Positions 18,857-27,316 of a stretch of DNA of 64,000 nucleotides are shown here, one piece after another (the stretch's first letter is position 1; each line of letters begins with the position of its first letter). Under the pieces are notes generated by a model that was given only the letters and a program-made list of their open reading frames with translations, made no database searches and was not told where the DNA came from. The position numbers and the translations under genes were made by a program. The stretch is from Candidatus Hecatella orcuttiae (GTDB lineage: Archaea; Thermoproteota; Bathyarchaeia; Hecatellales; Hecatellaceae). Location of the stretch: contig MTLY02000001.1 of assembly GCA_002011035.2 (NCBI GenBank), positions 1-64,000 of the forward strand, given 5' to 3'.

Positions 18857-19945
18857 ACGGATCTTTCCGTAGAATTAGCCGGTGTTAGGTTGCCTTTCCC
18901 CACCGCTCTTTCATCCGGCCCTCTGAGCCGGGACGGCGCCACCATCAGGAAAGCCGCTCAGCAGCATGGTGTGGGGGCTGTTTTCACCAAAACGATCATG
19001 GAAAAATATGAAGATACACCCCGGCCCAGCATGGCTACGGTTAAAGGCGGTTTACTGAATTATGACTGGCAAGCTCCAGGGATAAGCGAATTCTCTGAAA
19101 GAGAGCTTAGAATCGCCAAGGAAGGGGGGAAGCCAGTTATAGCGAATGCTCTGGGTTTGACGGTGGATGCAAGCGTAAAATTGGCTGCCGCCTTAGAAAA
19201 GGCGGGAGCAGACATGTTTGAGCTTCCCGTCCCAGCCGCCCCTCTGAAAGAGCTTACGGAGACGGTGAAGGCTGTCCGGGAGGCCATCAGCATACCTTTC
19301 ATCGTAAAGCTGGGCCCTGACATTCCTGACATACCCAAATACGCTCGAGCCATAGAAAGCGTTGGTGTTGATGCCATATCAGGAATAAACACCTTCGGCC
19401 CCTGTCTCTCCATCGACGTGTACACCGGGAAGCCTCTGCTGGGGGCGAAATCCGGCTACGGCTACCTCTCAGGTTCGGCGATAAAGCCGCTGGCAGTTCG
19501 CTGCGTCGCCGAGATGGCCATGGCTGTCAGGATTCCTGTGCTGGGCGGCGGGGGAATAAGCAATGGCGAGGACTCTATAGAGATGTTCATGGCCGGTGCC
19601 ACCTGCGTTCACCTTCACACGGCAGCTCTGCTACGGGGCTTGGGGGTATTCTCAAAGATCGTCAACGAACTAGAAGAGTTCATGAAGAAAATGGGCTACA
19701 GAAGCTTGGACGACATCAGAGGCATATCGCTAAAGTACCTGCGTAAAGAAGCCACCTATACTCTATTTCCAGCTAAAGTGGAAGCTGAGCTCTGCAACGG
19801 CTGCGGGGCTTGTGAAAGAGTATGCGCTTACGACGCTGTCAAGGTCGTAGAAGGTATAGCCCAAATAGATGAAGAGGCCTGTTTCGGCTGCGGACTCTGT
19901 AAAAGCATATGTCCCACCCGGGCGATCACCTTGCATAAAAGGTGA
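18857..19945 (+). CDS. Dihydroorotate/dihydropyrimidine dehydrogenase (PreA)-like FMN protein with C-terminal 2x[4Fe-4S]; probable ACG start
   Basis: KT motif, VKLGPD, INT, GYLSG.AIKPLA, GGGGI, two CxxCxxCxxxC motifs. The N-terminal DLSVELAG lies upstream of the called TTG. Confidence 0.85.
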   Translation, partial: TDLSVELAGVRLPFPTALSSGPLSRDGATIRKAAQQHGVGAVFTKTIMEKYEDTPRPSMATVKGGLLNYDWQAPGISEFSERELRIAKEGGKPVIANALGLTVDASVKLAAALEKAGADMFELPVPAAPLKELTETVKAVREAISIPFIVKLGPDIPDIPKYARAIESVGVDAISGINTFGPCLSIDVYTGKPLLGAKSGYGYLSGSAIKPLAVRCVAEMAMAVRIPVLGGGGISNGEDSIEMFMAGATCVHLHTAALLRGLGVFSKIVNELEEFMKKMGYRSLDDIRGISLKYLRKEATYTLFPAKVEAELCNGCGACERVCAYDAVKVVEGIAQIDEEACFGCGLCKSICPTRAITLHKR

Positions 19946-19951
19946 GATAAC

Positions 19952-21343
19952 TTGGCTGACTATATCTTCGAAAACGGAACTGTTGTGACCATGGATGGGA
20001 AAGGGAAAATCATAGAAGACGGCGCTGTGGCTGTGGAAGGAAACAGAATTCTAGCTGTCGGAAAAACCTCCGACGTCAAGAGGAGACACAGCGCGGAAGA
20101 ACGGATTGACGCCAGAGGTAAGGTTATCTTGCCTGGTTTTGTAACCTCCCACAATCACATGTACAACTCGTTGACACGCTACATGAAATTGTCCATCTCC
20201 CCGGAAATAGGCTTAGATTTCGGACCTATTCTAACTAGGTGGTGGTGGCCGAAGATCGAAGACACCTGCAGAAAGGACGATGTCTACGCTGGAGTTTTGC
20301 TGGCGAGCACCGAAATGGTTAAAAGAGGAATCACCTGCACCGCTGACCTTCAAGAAGGCCAAAACCTCATCCCCGGGGTTCTGGACTATGCTGCGAAAGC
20401 CGTGGAAAAGGTTGGAATCAGAGCCTGCCTTTCCTTTGAAGCGACGGATAGAGAAAGCGTCAAGAAAGGACGGCTGGGCCTCAAGGAAAACGAAGCCTTC
20501 ATCAAGAAATGGAATTATAAAAAAGATTCACGCATCCGAGGGATGATGGGAGTGCACACATGCTTTTCATGCCATCCTGAGACATTAAGGAAAGCCAGAG
20601 AAATCGCTGACAAACACCGGTGCGGCATTCAAATCCACATCGCTCAAAGTGTATACGAAGTCAAAATGATCCGGGAAAAATATGGAGTGGGGGGTTCTGT
20701 TGAATTTCTAGACAAGCTAGGTTTCCTAGGGCCGGATGTGAATGCCGCCCACGGAATCTACATCTCAAAAAAAGAGCTGGAGATATGGCAAAGAAACGAT
20801 GTGGGATTGTCTTTTAACATAAAAAGCAACGCCTTCTGGGCTAACGGCCTCGCCCCCGTGGTTGATCTGCTCCGAAGAGGCTGCAAGGTTGGTCTCGGCG
20901 TCGACGGTGAGAACATCTACGACATGTTTGAGCTGATGGCTTATTCTGCGGCGATACTTCGCCTTTACCATTTGGATTTATCTCTGATACCTCCCAAGCA
21001 GGCGCTTGAAATGGCCACCATGGGCGGAGCCAGATGTTTAGGGTTGGAAAAGGAAATAGGTTCTCTTGAAGCTGGGAAGAAGGCTGATGTTTTAGTTGCA
21101 GATTTTTCCGGCCACGCTCATTTAACGCCTATTTTTGATAAGCTCGCCGCCTTGGCATTCTATGTCAGAGGCACGGATGTGGACACGGTCATGGTGAACG
21201 GGGAGATTGTGGTTCGGGGGAAGAGGATTTTGACGGTGGATGAAGAAAAGATATCAGAGCTAGCTGCCAAAAGGGCTGCAAAGTACCAAGAGCGCGCCGC
21301 GTCCGCTCCGTTAAACCCTCCGTGGAACTTGCCGAAAAAGTGA
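19952..21343 (+). CDS. Amidohydrolase, SsnA-like
   Basis: SHNHMYNSLTR, WWW patch, IHIAQS (Gln for the usual Glu), AAHG, GVDG. Confidence 0.85.
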   Translation: MADYIFENGTVVTMDGKGKIIEDGAVAVEGNRILAVGKTSDVKRRHSAEERIDARGKVILPGFVTSHNHMYNSLTRYMKLSISPEIGLDFGPILTRWWWPKIEDTCRKDDVYAGVLLASTEMVKRGITCTADLQEGQNLIPGVLDYAAKAVEKVGIRACLSFEATDRESVKKGRLGLKENEAFIKKWNYKKDSRIRGMMGVHTCFSCHPETLRKAREIADKHRCGIQIHIAQSVYEVKMIREKYGVGGSVEFLDKLGFLGPDVNAAHGIYISKKELEIWQRNDVGLSFNIKSNAFWANGLAPVVDLLRRGCKVGLGVDGENIYDMFELMAYSAAILRLYHLDLSLIPPKQALEMATMGGARCLGLEKEIGSLEAGKKADVLVADFSGHAHLTPIFDKLAALAFYVRGTDVDTVMVNGEIVVRGKRILTVDEEKISELAAKRAAKYQERAASAPLNPPWNLPKK

Positions 21344-21385
21344 AAGTCAACGCTTCTTATGCCTATGTAGCTCATCTGGGCAAGA

Positions 21386-22771
21386 TTATTTTTTCAAAAT
21401 ATGGTGCCTTTGACATGGTACGAACCTACCTTTCCCAAGCTTACCCCACACTTCACCGTCCACCATCATAAGCTCTCCTTTAGACACAGTCATCACAGGT
21501 ATTCCTTTCATGCGCCATCCTTCGAAAGGTGTCCAATCGGCTTTATGGTGAAGGCGGTCTGCTGATATTTTAAATTCCTTTTTCCTGTCGATGACCACGA
21601 TGTCCGCGTCGGACCGCGGTTGGATGACGCCCTTCCTAGGGTAAAAGCCAAATATCCTCGCCGGCTTGGTGCAGCAAGCATCAACGAATCTTTCTAAGGA
21701 GATTCTCCCTTTGTTTACACCTTCGCTCATCATGAGCATAAGCCTTGTTTCAACACCAGGCACCCCGCCTTCAACCTCCCATATGTTTTCCCATCCCTTG
21801 TCCTTCTCCCTCTTTAGAGGAGCGTAGTGGTCCGTTGTGATGATGTCTAGGGAGCCGTCTGCCACTGCCCTCCACAGCGAGTCCCTATCTTCTCTGGACT
21901 TCAAGCAAGGGTTCGTCTGAAGATACGGCCCGAACTTCCTGAGGTCTTCTTGAGTGAAAAATAGAAAGTGTGGGCAGGTCTCACCGGTTAAAGGGAAACC
22001 CTCCTGCTTACATCTTCTAAGGAAATCTGCAACGTTGCCCGAGCCGACGTGAAAAATATGCAGAGGCACCCCGGCTTCCTCGGCAAACAGGATCGCTCTC
22101 ATGGCAGCTTCATCCTCACATATTCTAGGCCGTGACTCTGCATGAGCAGTAGCATCGATTCTCCCAGCTTTTTTAAGCTCCTCTTGAAGGTGTCTTCTTA
22201 TCTCTTCGCTCTCCGCATGAACTGAAACTATCCCCTTCGCCTTTCCCACTTTTCTAAACGACTCCAATAGGATTCCGTCGTTCATGACTTGTTCAAGCCC
22301 GTTGCAGTTAGCTAGGACATGTTTGAAGGATGCAACACCTTTCTCGGCCAAGCTGTGAATACAGTCCATGGATTTTTCATCCAATATGTAAACGTGCAGA
22401 GAAAAATCTATTAAGGACTCCCTCTCACCTACCATTTTCACCCTTTCAAAACTTTTTTCCACATCTTCCCCCCAGCCTGCAAAATCAATAACCATCGTGG
22501 TCCCACCTGCTAAGGCGGCCTTTGTGCCGCTTTCAAAATCTTCTCGGTAGCGAAATTTTTCCCCATTATAAATATGGACGTGGGCGTCGATGCCCCCGGG
22601 TATAATTAGGTTTCCTTTCACGTCAATAACCCTGTCTGCTCCAGGGAGATGTGCATCCTTTGCCACTGCTACGATTTTTCCGTCATCCACAACCAAACCC
22701 GCGTCCAGTAGTCCGTAGGATGTGAAAATTTTCCCGTTTTTCAAGACTAGATCGACTTTACTCACTTTCAT
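21386..22771 (-). CDS. Cyclic amidohydrolase (dihydropyrimidinase/hydantoinase/allantoinase family)
   Basis: PGGIDAHVH, AALAGGTT, SFK (carbamylated Lys), VHAE, IFH, ETCPH, TDHYAP, PGVETR. Confidence 0.92.
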   Translation of the reverse strand: MKVSKVDLVLKNGKIFTSYGLLDAGLVVDDGKIVAVAKDAHLPGADRVIDVKGNLIIPGGIDAHVHIYNGEKFRYREDFESGTKAALAGGTTMVIDFAGWGEDVEKSFERVKMVGERESLIDFSLHVYILDEKSMDCIHSLAEKGVASFKHVLANCNGLEQVMNDGILLESFRKVGKAKGIVSVHAESEEIRRHLQEELKKAGRIDATAHAESRPRICEDEAAMRAILFAEEAGVPLHIFHVGSGNVADFLRRCKQEGFPLTGETCPHFLFFTQEDLRKFGPYLQTNPCLKSREDRDSLWRAVADGSLDIITTDHYAPLKREKDKGWENIWEVEGGVPGVETRLMLMMSEGVNKGRISLERFVDACCTKPARIFGFYPRKGVIQPRSDADIVVIDRKKEFKISADRLHHKADWTPFEGWRMKGIPVMTVSKGELMMVDGEVWGKLGKGRFVPCQRHHILKK

Positions 22772-22839
22772 GTGAACACCGGACTCGTTAACTTTAGATA
22801 AGATGTAAAGAAATAAACATTACCGAGATAGAGGGGTAA

Positions 22840-23850
22840 ATGGTGAAATTCAAGCATAGGAAGCCGATGGACCCTCTAGAAAAACTGTTAACACCTACGA
22901 TCTACGGCAACACGCCAACCTTCTTGGCTGTCCCTCGCGCGAGGGACAAGCGAGACCTTAAAGGAGCTGACGTGGCAATTATAGGCGGCGGCTATCAGAG
23001 TTTCGGGGAAAACCCTTGGAGGACAGATTTAGGTTTAACTTTTTACAGCCAAGGAGAAAGAACTTTTGAAATCCTCGACCCCATGCTGCTGAGAAAAGCT
23101 TCGGTGAAATACAGCGGATTTCTGCCAGAACTGAACATCGACGTGTTTGAGCATATAAGGCTTGTCGACTACGGAGATGTAACCGGCATCTCTCCGATAA
23201 TAACCCGGGAAGACTGGGTTAGAGCTGTTCAGCGAACTGTTGAAAAAATAAGCGAAGTGTTGGAGGCGGGCTGCATACCTATCACCATTGAGAGCAGCAT
23301 GTACGCTGTTGCGAAGGCCATGGCTGAACGGTCTAAGGGAAGCATAGGCATCATAACTTTGGATGCGCATGGAGATAACGCCTGTCCACCCCCGTACGTT
23401 GGCTGGGTTGATCCCGTTTCCACATTGGAAAAGGTAGACATGGAAAAATTCGTTCTGATCGGCATGCGGGGACCGCGAAACTTCAAAGAACAATTGGACT
23501 GGTATCAGAAACGAGGAAGCCATGTCTACACCTACAAGGACATCAAAGAAAGGGGCATTAACGCCGTCATCCAGGAGGCTGTCAAGATAGCCTACAAAGG
23601 AACTGAGAACGTCTTGCTGAACATAGATTTCGACGTATTAGACCTGAGTGTTGCCCCGGGATTAGATGAACCCTTGGGAATTATGATGGAGGACCTCTTA
23701 ACTGTCACTCTCCGAATCGGTGAAAAAGGCTTCGCAGCCTTCAATATAGAGTGGATACCGAAGCCCACAGCGGCCTTATACCACATAGTAACTTGGACTA
23801 CCTTATACTTGCTAGCCGGTTTAGCTATGGGCAGAAGAAAACTAAGATGA
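22840..23850 (+). CDS. Arginase/agmatinase (ureohydrolase) family protein, divergent
   Basis: LVDYGD, LDAHGD, IGMRG, DFDVLD..APG; the GGDH motif is replaced by IESS. Confidence 0.8.
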   Translation: MVKFKHRKPMDPLEKLLTPTIYGNTPTFLAVPRARDKRDLKGADVAIIGGGYQSFGENPWRTDLGLTFYSQGERTFEILDPMLLRKASVKYSGFLPELNIDVFEHIRLVDYGDVTGISPIITREDWVRAVQRTVEKISEVLEAGCIPITIESSMYAVAKAMAERSKGSIGIITLDAHGDNACPPPYVGWVDPVSTLEKVDMEKFVLIGMRGPRNFKEQLDWYQKRGSHVYTYKDIKERGINAVIQEAVKIAYKGTENVLLNIDFDVLDLSVAPGLDEPLGIMMEDLLTVTLRIGEKGFAAFNIEWIPKPTAALYHIVTWTTLYLLAGLAMGRRKLR

Positions 23851-23909
23851 AAGGTCGCTACGGGTGCATTTAAATAAAACAGCATGCGTGAAGATGTAGA
23901 TGGTTCTAG

Positions 23910-24410
23910 GTGAAATTGGTGGTCAAAAAAATTCTCTACGCAGACCCTTTGGAATGCTGCGGATGTAGAAACTGCGAAATAGCCTGCTCCGTGGCAAAGG
24001 AAGGCATTATGAACCCACATAAATCTAGAATAAGGGTTGTCCGAGAAGGGCCTGTAATCGACATGCCGATAGCCTGCCGCCAGTGCGCAGACCCTCCCTG
24101 TGCCAAACCCTGTCCCACCAATGCCTTGGTGAAAGAGAACGACTTAGTTGTACTTTATGAAGAAAACTGCATAGGTTGTGGTTTATGCGTGGAAGAATGC
24201 CCTTTCGGAGCCATTTTCATCCACCCAGATAAAGGAACAGCCATCAAATGCGACCAATGTGGCGAATGCCTCGATTTCTGCCCCACCGGAGCGTTAAAGC
24301 TCGTATCCACCGAAGCGGTGGCGCATGAAAAACGCATAGACCTTGCGCAAACTCGAGTTAAGGTGATTGAGGAATGGCTTTTAAATTCAAAGGATATGGC
24401 GGAAAAATAA
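23910..24410 (+). CDS. Multi-[4Fe-4S] ferredoxin-like subunit of the AOR operon
   Basis: CCGCRNCEIAC, CRQC..PPC..PCP, CIGCGLCVEECP, KCDQC. Confidence 0.92.
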   Translation: MKLVVKKILYADPLECCGCRNCEIACSVAKEGIMNPHKSRIRVVREGPVIDMPIACRQCADPPCAKPCPTNALVKENDLVVLYEENCIGCGLCVEECPFGAIFIHPDKGTAIKCDQCGECLDFCPTGALKLVSTEAVAHEKRIDLAQTRVKVIEEWLLNSKDMAEK

Positions 24411-26296
24411 TCCGAGTGGATCTGGGCCGGGAAAAAACCGTTTCCCAACCGCTATCCAGCGACATGGCAAAGAAGTTTCTAGGCGGAAACGGCTTCGTCA
24501 CAAAAATCTTATGGGATGAAGTTAAACCCGGATTAGACCCATTTGACCCAGAAAACCGGCTCATCTTCGCCATCGGCCCTCTTTCTGGTACAGGATGGCC
24601 TCAAGCCGGTAGGTTTGAAGTGGGAGCGAAGTCTCCTCTCACAGGCATTTATGGTGATGCCAGTTGCTGCGGCCATTGGGCGTCAGAGTTGAAGTTCGCA
24701 GGCTACGATGCCATAGTCTTCCAAGGGAGAGCCAGTAAACCTGTTTACCTTTGGGTGGATGATGACAAAGTTGAACTCAAAGACGCAAAAGATGTTTGGG
24801 GAAAAACAACCTCTGAAACCGAGAAAATACTGAGAGAGCAGCATGGCAAGGATGTTCAAGTTGCCAGCTGCGGCCCTGCTGGAGAAAATCTGGTGAGATT
24901 CGCCGGAATACTGCACCAGCGAAGGGCCGCTGCGCGAAGCGGGATAGGCGCCGTGATGGGATCTAAAAAACTGAAGGCCGTAGCCGTTCACGGTTCAAAA
25001 GATGTGGCGCTGGCTGATCCTGAGGGATTCTACAAGTTTTCAAGGGAAATCATTGAGCTGTATAAACGGGATAAATTCATCGAGTCTAGGGCTAAATATG
25101 GAACTCCGATTTTGGTAGAGCTGATGAACGAAATCGCCCGATGGCCTGTGAAAAATTTTCAAACAGGATATACTCCCCATGCTAAGGAAATAGGCGGCGA
25201 ACGGATTAGGGAAGAGTATAGGATTAAGGACAGAGCCTCCTTCGGATGCTGGGCTAGATGTGAAAAACCTTTGATGGTAAAGCAGGGACCCTACAGGAGG
25301 ATCTATGCAAAACAGCCTGAGTATGAAAGTTTATCAGCGTTAGGAGCTAGAAACTGGATTCACAATCTTGACGTCATCATCTACGCCAACGAGCTCTGCG
25401 ACGAATACGGCATGGACACCATATCTACTGGAGGAACAATTTCCTGGGCTATAGAGTGTTATGAGAAAGGAATCATCACCAAAGAAGACACAGGCGGCTT
25501 AATTCTATCTTGGGGCAACACTGAAACCCTCATCGAGCTTATCAACAAAATCGCAAAAAGGGAAGGATTTGGAAACCTCTTGGCTGAAGGAAGCTTAAGA
25601 GCCTCTAAAAAAATCGGAAAAGGCTCCGAGAAGTATGTGATGCACGTTAAAGGGATGGAGATTGCTGCTCAAGACGGCAGAGCACAAAAGTCTATGGGAT
25701 TAGCTCACGCCACCTCCAGTAGAGGCGCAGACCACCTGAAGGCTTTCCCCCTCCTCGACGAGGTTGTAATGAATGAATATATCGTAGCCCGCTATGGCCG
25801 AGAGTATCTTCCCGAAATGGCCAATAGGCTTGATATCAAACATAAACCCTTTGAGGTTAAAGACGGGGAGGAACTATGCGCCCTATGCGACAGTCTACTG
25901 CTGTGTAAAAGCGCAGGAACCAGTCTACCTCTCTTCACAGGGGCAGTTTATTATCCGGAAATGGCCAAAGCCGTTAAACTGGCGACAGGCATGAACATTG
26001 ATGCATCAGGGATGCGGACGATAGGAGAAAGAATCGTCAACCTACAAAGGGCCTTCAACATCAGAGAGGGAATCTCGCGGAAAGACGATACACTGCCTTC
26101 AAGGTTCACCGAGGAACCAGCTCCCGAAGGGCCGCCGAAGGGGCATGTCGTCGAGTTGGAGCAACTGCTAGACGAATATTATAAGCTCCGGGGTTGGGAT
26201 AAAGAAACAGGGCTCATCCCCCGAAAGAAACTAGAAGCATTAGACCTAAAAGATGTAGCCGACAGCTTAGAGGCCATGGGAAAACTTCCAAGATAA
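24374..26296 (+). CDS. Aldehyde:ferredoxin oxidoreductase family (tungsten) protein
   Basis: KSPLTG, GPAGENLVRFA, AARSGIGAVMGSKKLKA, PEYE, GMDTIS, RGADH, YYKLRGWD. Confidence 0.95.
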   Translation: MAFKFKGYGGKIIRVDLGREKTVSQPLSSDMAKKFLGGNGFVTKILWDEVKPGLDPFDPENRLIFAIGPLSGTGWPQAGRFEVGAKSPLTGIYGDASCCGHWASELKFAGYDAIVFQGRASKPVYLWVDDDKVELKDAKDVWGKTTSETEKILREQHGKDVQVASCGPAGENLVRFAGILHQRRAAARSGIGAVMGSKKLKAVAVHGSKDVALADPEGFYKFSREIIELYKRDKFIESRAKYGTPILVELMNEIARWPVKNFQTGYTPHAKEIGGERIREEYRIKDRASFGCWARCEKPLMVKQGPYRRIYAKQPEYESLSALGARNWIHNLDVIIYANELCDEYGMDTISTGGTISWAIECYEKGIITKEDTGGLILSWGNTETLIELINKIAKREGFGNLLAEGSLRASKKIGKGSEKYVMHVKGMEIAAQDGRAQKSMGLAHATSSRGADHLKAFPLLDEVVMNEYIVARYGREYLPEMANRLDIKHKPFEVKDGEELCALCDSLLLCKSAGTSLPLFTGAVYYPEMAKAVKLATGMNIDASGMRTIGERIVNLQRAFNIREGISRKDDTLPSRFTEEPAPEGPPKGHVVELEQLLDEYYKLRGWDKETGLIPRKKLEALDLKDVADSLEAMGKLPR

Positions 26297-26327
26297 AGTC
26301 TTTTATTTTTTCCATTCTCAGCTTAAT

Positions 26328-26633
26328 ATGGGGAACTCTGTATCTATGAAAGTCAACGTAGTCTATCTTACAACATTCAGAGAAATCGTCGGTAGGCGAA
26401 GCGAAACTGTGGAATTGCCGGATGGTTCAACGCTCATGGATTTACTTGAAACTTTAGCTGAAAGAAGCCAAAAATTCCGGAAGGAACTGTTCAACCCAGA
26501 GGGGGGAGAGATTAGAAGCTACAACAAGGTGGCGTTAAACGGCATCTACGCAGAGTATCTGAACGAAAAATTCGCTACAAAGCTTAGAGAAGGAGACAAA
26601 ATACTCATCGCTCAGGGAGTTTCCGGAGGTTAA
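26328..26633 (+). CDS. MoaD/ThiS/SAMP ubiquitin-like sulfur carrier
   Basis: Beta-grasp pattern, LNG, C-terminal VSGG; follows AOR. Confidence 0.9.
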   Translation: MGNSVSMKVNVVYLTTFREIVGRRSETVELPDGSTLMDLLETLAERSQKFRKELFNPEGGEIRSYNKVALNGIYAEYLNEKFATKLREGDKILIAQGVSGG

Positions 26634-26684
26634 AACGAACAATCCCACACCTTTAACGGGGAATAGGCTCGTTTTCCCGCCTAG

Positions 26685-26706
26685 ACTCTCCAAAAAACTG
26701 GAGAGT
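26685..26706 (+). terminator. Hairpin downstream of the AOR operon
   Basis: ACTCTCCA-AAAAAC-TGGAGAGT, an 8-bp stem. Confidence 0.35.
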
Positions 26707-26823
26707 TTAACATATCCAAACTCCCTTCGATTAATTTTAAGTTTGGCTGGACTTGGAGAAAAAGTACGCTGAGCAAATGGGAAACCATATTAATGTGAGC
26801 CGGTCATTACTTTGGAATGAAAA

Positions 26824-27297
26824 ATGAGGCCTTCTAAGGAAGAATATTATCTGGCCATAGCTTCCCAGGTGGCTACGAGAAGCACATGCCTCCGGAGACA
26901 CTACGGAGCCATCATCGTGAGAGACGACCAGATAGTCAGCACAGGCTACAATGGGGCGCCCCGTGGGCTACCTAACTGCATCGACCTAGGCTACTGCATT
27001 CGAAAGGTGCGTAACATCCCCCCAGGGGAGAGATATGAGTTCTGTCGAGGTGTCCACGCTGAACAAAACGCCATCATCAACGCCGCCCGGGCGGGAGTCA
27101 GCGTCCTCAAGGGAACCATCTACATTGCAGGGCGAGATGCGGACACTGGAAGAGCGCTGACGGAAAACTATCTGGTACCATGCCGTCTCTGCGCGAGGAT
27201 GATCATCAACGCTGGCCTCCAAGCAGCGATAACACCCTACAGGGTCTTTTCGGTAGACCACTTGGCGGAGATAGGCGAATTGGAGAAGGTTGATTAA
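26824..27297 (+). CDS. dCMP/cytidine deaminase family protein (ComEB-like)
   Basis: RSTCLRR, TGYNGAP, VHAEQNAI, PCRLC. Confidence 0.92.
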   Translation: MRPSKEEYYLAIASQVATRSTCLRRHYGAIIVRDDQIVSTGYNGAPRGLPNCIDLGYCIRKVRNIPPGERYEFCRGVHAEQNAIINAARAGVSVLKGTIYIAGRDADTGRALTENYLVPCRLCARMIINAGLQAAITPYRVFSVDHLAEIGELEKVD

Positions 27298-27316
27298 AAC
27301 ATCCGCAGCCTAGAAG

